Shown one piece after another: positions 60,791 through 64,000 of a DNA stretch of 64,000 nt. The notes beneath the pieces were generated by a model. The model made no database searches, was not told where the DNA came from, and saw nothing but the letters and a program-made list of their open reading frames with translations. The position numbers and the translations under genes are program-made. This DNA is from Mobula hypostoma. Its lineage: Eukaryota. Position 1 is the first letter of the stretch; every line of letters starts with the position of its first letter. The stretch lies in the NCBI RefSeq assembly GCF_963921235.1, contig NC_086107.1, forward strand, positions 114,826,001 through 114,890,000, read 5' to 3'.

Positions 60791-62013
60791 TCGGTTCGGT
60801 ACTGAAATCGCAGAATCATTGGGGGTTGTGGAGTTCGTGATGGTCCCTCCATGTCAAAGACAGCATAGAGGACATTGAACTAATCTGGAAGTGAAGCCCT
60901 GTTGTCGCCTGTTTCGCTTGATTTAACTTTTTAAAGAGGTGTTAGCATTCAAGCCCTGCCAAAACAGTCTGGAATTGCCACTTCACCCGTGAGGTGACTT
61001 TACGGATTAGTGTGATACAGTTGGCGGTAGGACCCTGTGGAATTTTGTAGAACAGGAATGGTACACGCTTCCCTGAAAGCTCCGTCACGTGCGAACAGGG
61101 TCATTGCCCTTCATCAGTCAGGGCAATGGGTACAGGAGTAGGGACGAAATGTTACGGTTGTACCAGACACTGCTGGGGCCACACTTGGACCATGTTTGCA
61201 GTTCCGATTTCCCAGCTATATGAAGAGTGTGATTCAATGGAGGAGTAGAAACTATTCACGGGACAGGAAGGCTTGAGTGAAAGAGGCTGAGGTTTATAAA
61301 ACCACGAAGATGGACCTTCATAGTCTTCCCCCAGGGTGGCACGAGAAGAGAAAGATTTTAAAGGGCAGATTTTTCACCCAGTGGGTGACGAGTACATATT
61401 ACGATATGACTGACGTGGGTACAACTGCAACGTTTGAAAGACGTTCGGAAAAGTTCCCTAATGACGGGACACAGAGGAAAACAAAATTAACACGGGCAAG
61501 TTCGATCTGTGAAAGCACAGACTTGAAGGGCTGAAAGGCCCGTTTCTATGCTGTACAACACAGTGACTCAACTTCGATTCTCGCTCTTTCCCAGGGATAG
61601 ACCGTTGGGGGGGGGGGGGGACTGAATATCAGTAAACTTCCAGTCTGAAGCGGTGCGGGGTTAGTCCTCTTGGTCCCCGCTAGAACTGTCGCATGGCGGG
61701 GAACCCTCTTAGTCCTAGTAGTCTCGTTTCTACAGCCTGCTGACCCTTTCCCGTCCTATTTCGACAGCCCGGTGATCCGCTGTCGTCCCATTGCAGTTCA
61801 GTTTCCACGGGACGATTTGTTCCCGTCCCTTTGCAACAGCCTTAGATCCCGCTGTCCTCAGCAGAGCCTCCGCCCTGCGCTGGTGTGTCAGCCAGACGGA
61901 CAACCTGTGAGGCCGCAAACACAAGGAAATCTGCAGATGCTGGAATTTCAAGCAACACACATAAAAGTTGCTGGTGAACGCAGCAGGCCAGGCAGCATCT
62001 CTAGGAAGAGGTA

Positions 62014-62051
62014 CAGTCGACGTTTCGGGCCGAGACCCTTCGTCAGGACTA
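62014..62051 (-). ncRNA. Minimal type-I hammerhead ribozyme motif within Penelope-type fold-back element 61919-62137
   Basis: Minus strand TAGTC-CTGACGA-A-GGGT(CTCG)GCCC-GAAAC-GTC^GACTG. Confidence 0.78.
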
Positions 62052-63486
62052 ACTGAAGGAAGAGCGAGTAAGACATTCTGTACCCCTTCCTAGAGATGCT
62101 GCCTGGCCTGCTGCGTTCACCAGCAACTTTTATGTGTGTAACTTGTGAGGCCTCAGTGGGGGAGGGACTAGATACCAGAAAGGTCGGAGCGGCTCATGAA
62201 CCCGTCTGTAATTACAGTCTTGATTACGGGTCTGGGCCCGAAACGTCGACTTTTTACTCATTTCCGTAGATGCTGCCTGGCCTGCTGAGTTCCTCCAGCA
62301 TTTTGTGTGTATTACCATGCTGAAGGATATCTCAGCTTGAGAAGACGGACCGCCATCCAAAAAGCAGCAGCGTGTCGGAAGGTGGGGTGGATGGAGTCTG
62401 CCTGTCTGCTGGGGTAAAGGTGTTGGAGAGGGGCGTATACGGGAGCGAGGTCACGTTACACACTCCCTCCGCACCGTCCCGTCACGCACAATATTTCTAA
62501 ACATTTTCCCAGAAAATTACATTGAAAGCATAGAACCGTATTTACTAATTATTGCAATCGTTAATCAAATTTCCAACATGAATATAATTTCAAAATTTAT
62601 ATACAATAAGCATAATTCCGTTTTGTAACTGCATTACAATCGATGCTTTTTCTCCCTGGATCCCATAGGCGCTACCCTATGTCACTCCCACCCAGCACTC
62701 AGTAGTACACTGGTTCCATGGATGAGGGAGCCCTTGGCCAGCCCGAGGACTAAGACTCCCTGGTGATGAGACTGCCGGTGGGAGGGAGGTTCTTACTGCT
62801 CAGACCCCTCCTGTATCAATCGTCGCCCTGTACACGCTCCCCCTCCACCGATCTCCCTGTCTCTACACCACTGCCGTCTCCGTGACCTCCTCCCTCTCCA
62901 TTCCTCAAGCCCCTACGACTCTCCCCGTTCCAATGACCACCTCCCTCCCCGTCTCCGTGATGGTCTCCCTTCCCTAAACACCTCTCCAACTCTGACACCC
63001 TTCCCCGATTCCGTGACCCCTTTCCTCACCGTCTCTGTAATCACACCACCTTGACTCTGAGACCCACTTGCATCCGTACACCCTCCTCATCTCCGAGATC
63101 ACCATAGACTTCCAGCCCCGTTTCCTTCGACCAGTTTTAACTTCCATCGCTCCTCCATCAGTTGCCTTGCCTTCTTTGCTCGGGTCTTCCCACCCACCCT
63201 CTCCTCCCACCTCCCATACCAGGGGCAGTGGGGACCCAGGAATACACGAGCTGATCTGTCCAGGAGAAGGCTAGCAAACACTTGTGGGATGAAGGGTCTT
63301 CAGCACGTGGTCCTTCAGTAAATCCATTTGGGCCAGCGAGCACCCGTTTGTTTTATTCTCCATCCCAACATCCTTCGGCCAAACAGTGGCCAACTCACCC
63401 ACCAACGTGGCTGGACGTCATGTTGCAGTCGCAGAAGCAGCATTTGGGAATATTCTGTGCAGTTCCCGTTCCCCCGGCTGGATGAA

Positions 63487-63790
63487 CAGACGCCTGGGAG
63501 TACGGGACAGACGCCTGGGAGCACGGGACAGACCCCTGGGAGCACGGGACAGACGCCTGGGAGCACGGGACAGACCCCTGGGAGCACGGGACAGACGCCT
63601 GGGAGTACGGGACAGACCCCTGGGAGCACGGGACAGACGCCTGGGAGTACGGGACAGACCCCTGGGAGCACGGGACAGACGCCAGGGAGCACGGGGCAGA
63701 CGCCTGGGAGCACGGGGCAGACCCCTGGGAGTACGGGACAGACGCCTGGGAGCACGGGACAGACACCTGGGAGCACGGGGCAGACGCCTG
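63487..63790. repeat. 21-bp minisatellite CAGACGCCTGGGAGCACGGGA, about 14 copies
   Basis: Read directly. Confidence 0.97.
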
Positions 63791-64000
63791 GCCACGGGGA
63801 GACAGAGCAATGATGCTGTTGTTTGACACATTGGCCTTCAGCTGTGGGGGCACTGAGTACAGGAGTTGGGACGTCCCGTTTCAGTTTCACAATTGGTGAG
63901 GCTGCTCGGTTCTGGTTATCCGGTTATTGAAAGGGTGGACTTAAACTGGAGAGGCGGCAGGAAAAGATTCTTCAGCAAGTAGTCTGGAGTGGGTAGTTGA

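Noticed and set aside
54100..64000. A recognisable downstream neighbour gene such as TMEM265 or PHKG2, as recalled from human synteny
   Set aside because: No matching peptide seen; the region is dominated by LINE remnants.

Overview
Vertebrate genomic DNA, most likely from a cartilaginous fish such as a ray or skate (inferred from the repeat landscape). The window holds a complete plus-strand SRCAP gene, the Snf2/SWR1-family H2A.Z-depositing remodeller. I resolved 32 GT-AG coding exons from the mammal-equivalent ATG at 6455 to TAA at 53209-53211; phases are continuous and the product is about 2609 aa (HSA domain, split ATPase, C-terminal AT-hooks). Two upstream exons (about 1030-1184 and 5969-6042) splice in frame and could add about 120 N-terminal residues. 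Introns and flanks are filled with CR1 and Rex/Babar-like LINE remnants, one young CR1 with an uninterrupted RT frame, Tc1/mariner and hAT elements, solo LTRs, SINEs, minisatellites and Penelope-related elements. The most notable observations: (1) the N-terminal extension; (2) two minimal hammerhead ribozymes with intact cores, one sense-strand in the last SRCAP intron; (3) an intronic minisatellite made of about 19 tandem 3' splice-site look-alikes; (4) a C-terminal tail with an 18-aa repeat and an apparently relocated AT-hook cluster. All comparisons with human or teleost SRCAP are from memory and were not computed.
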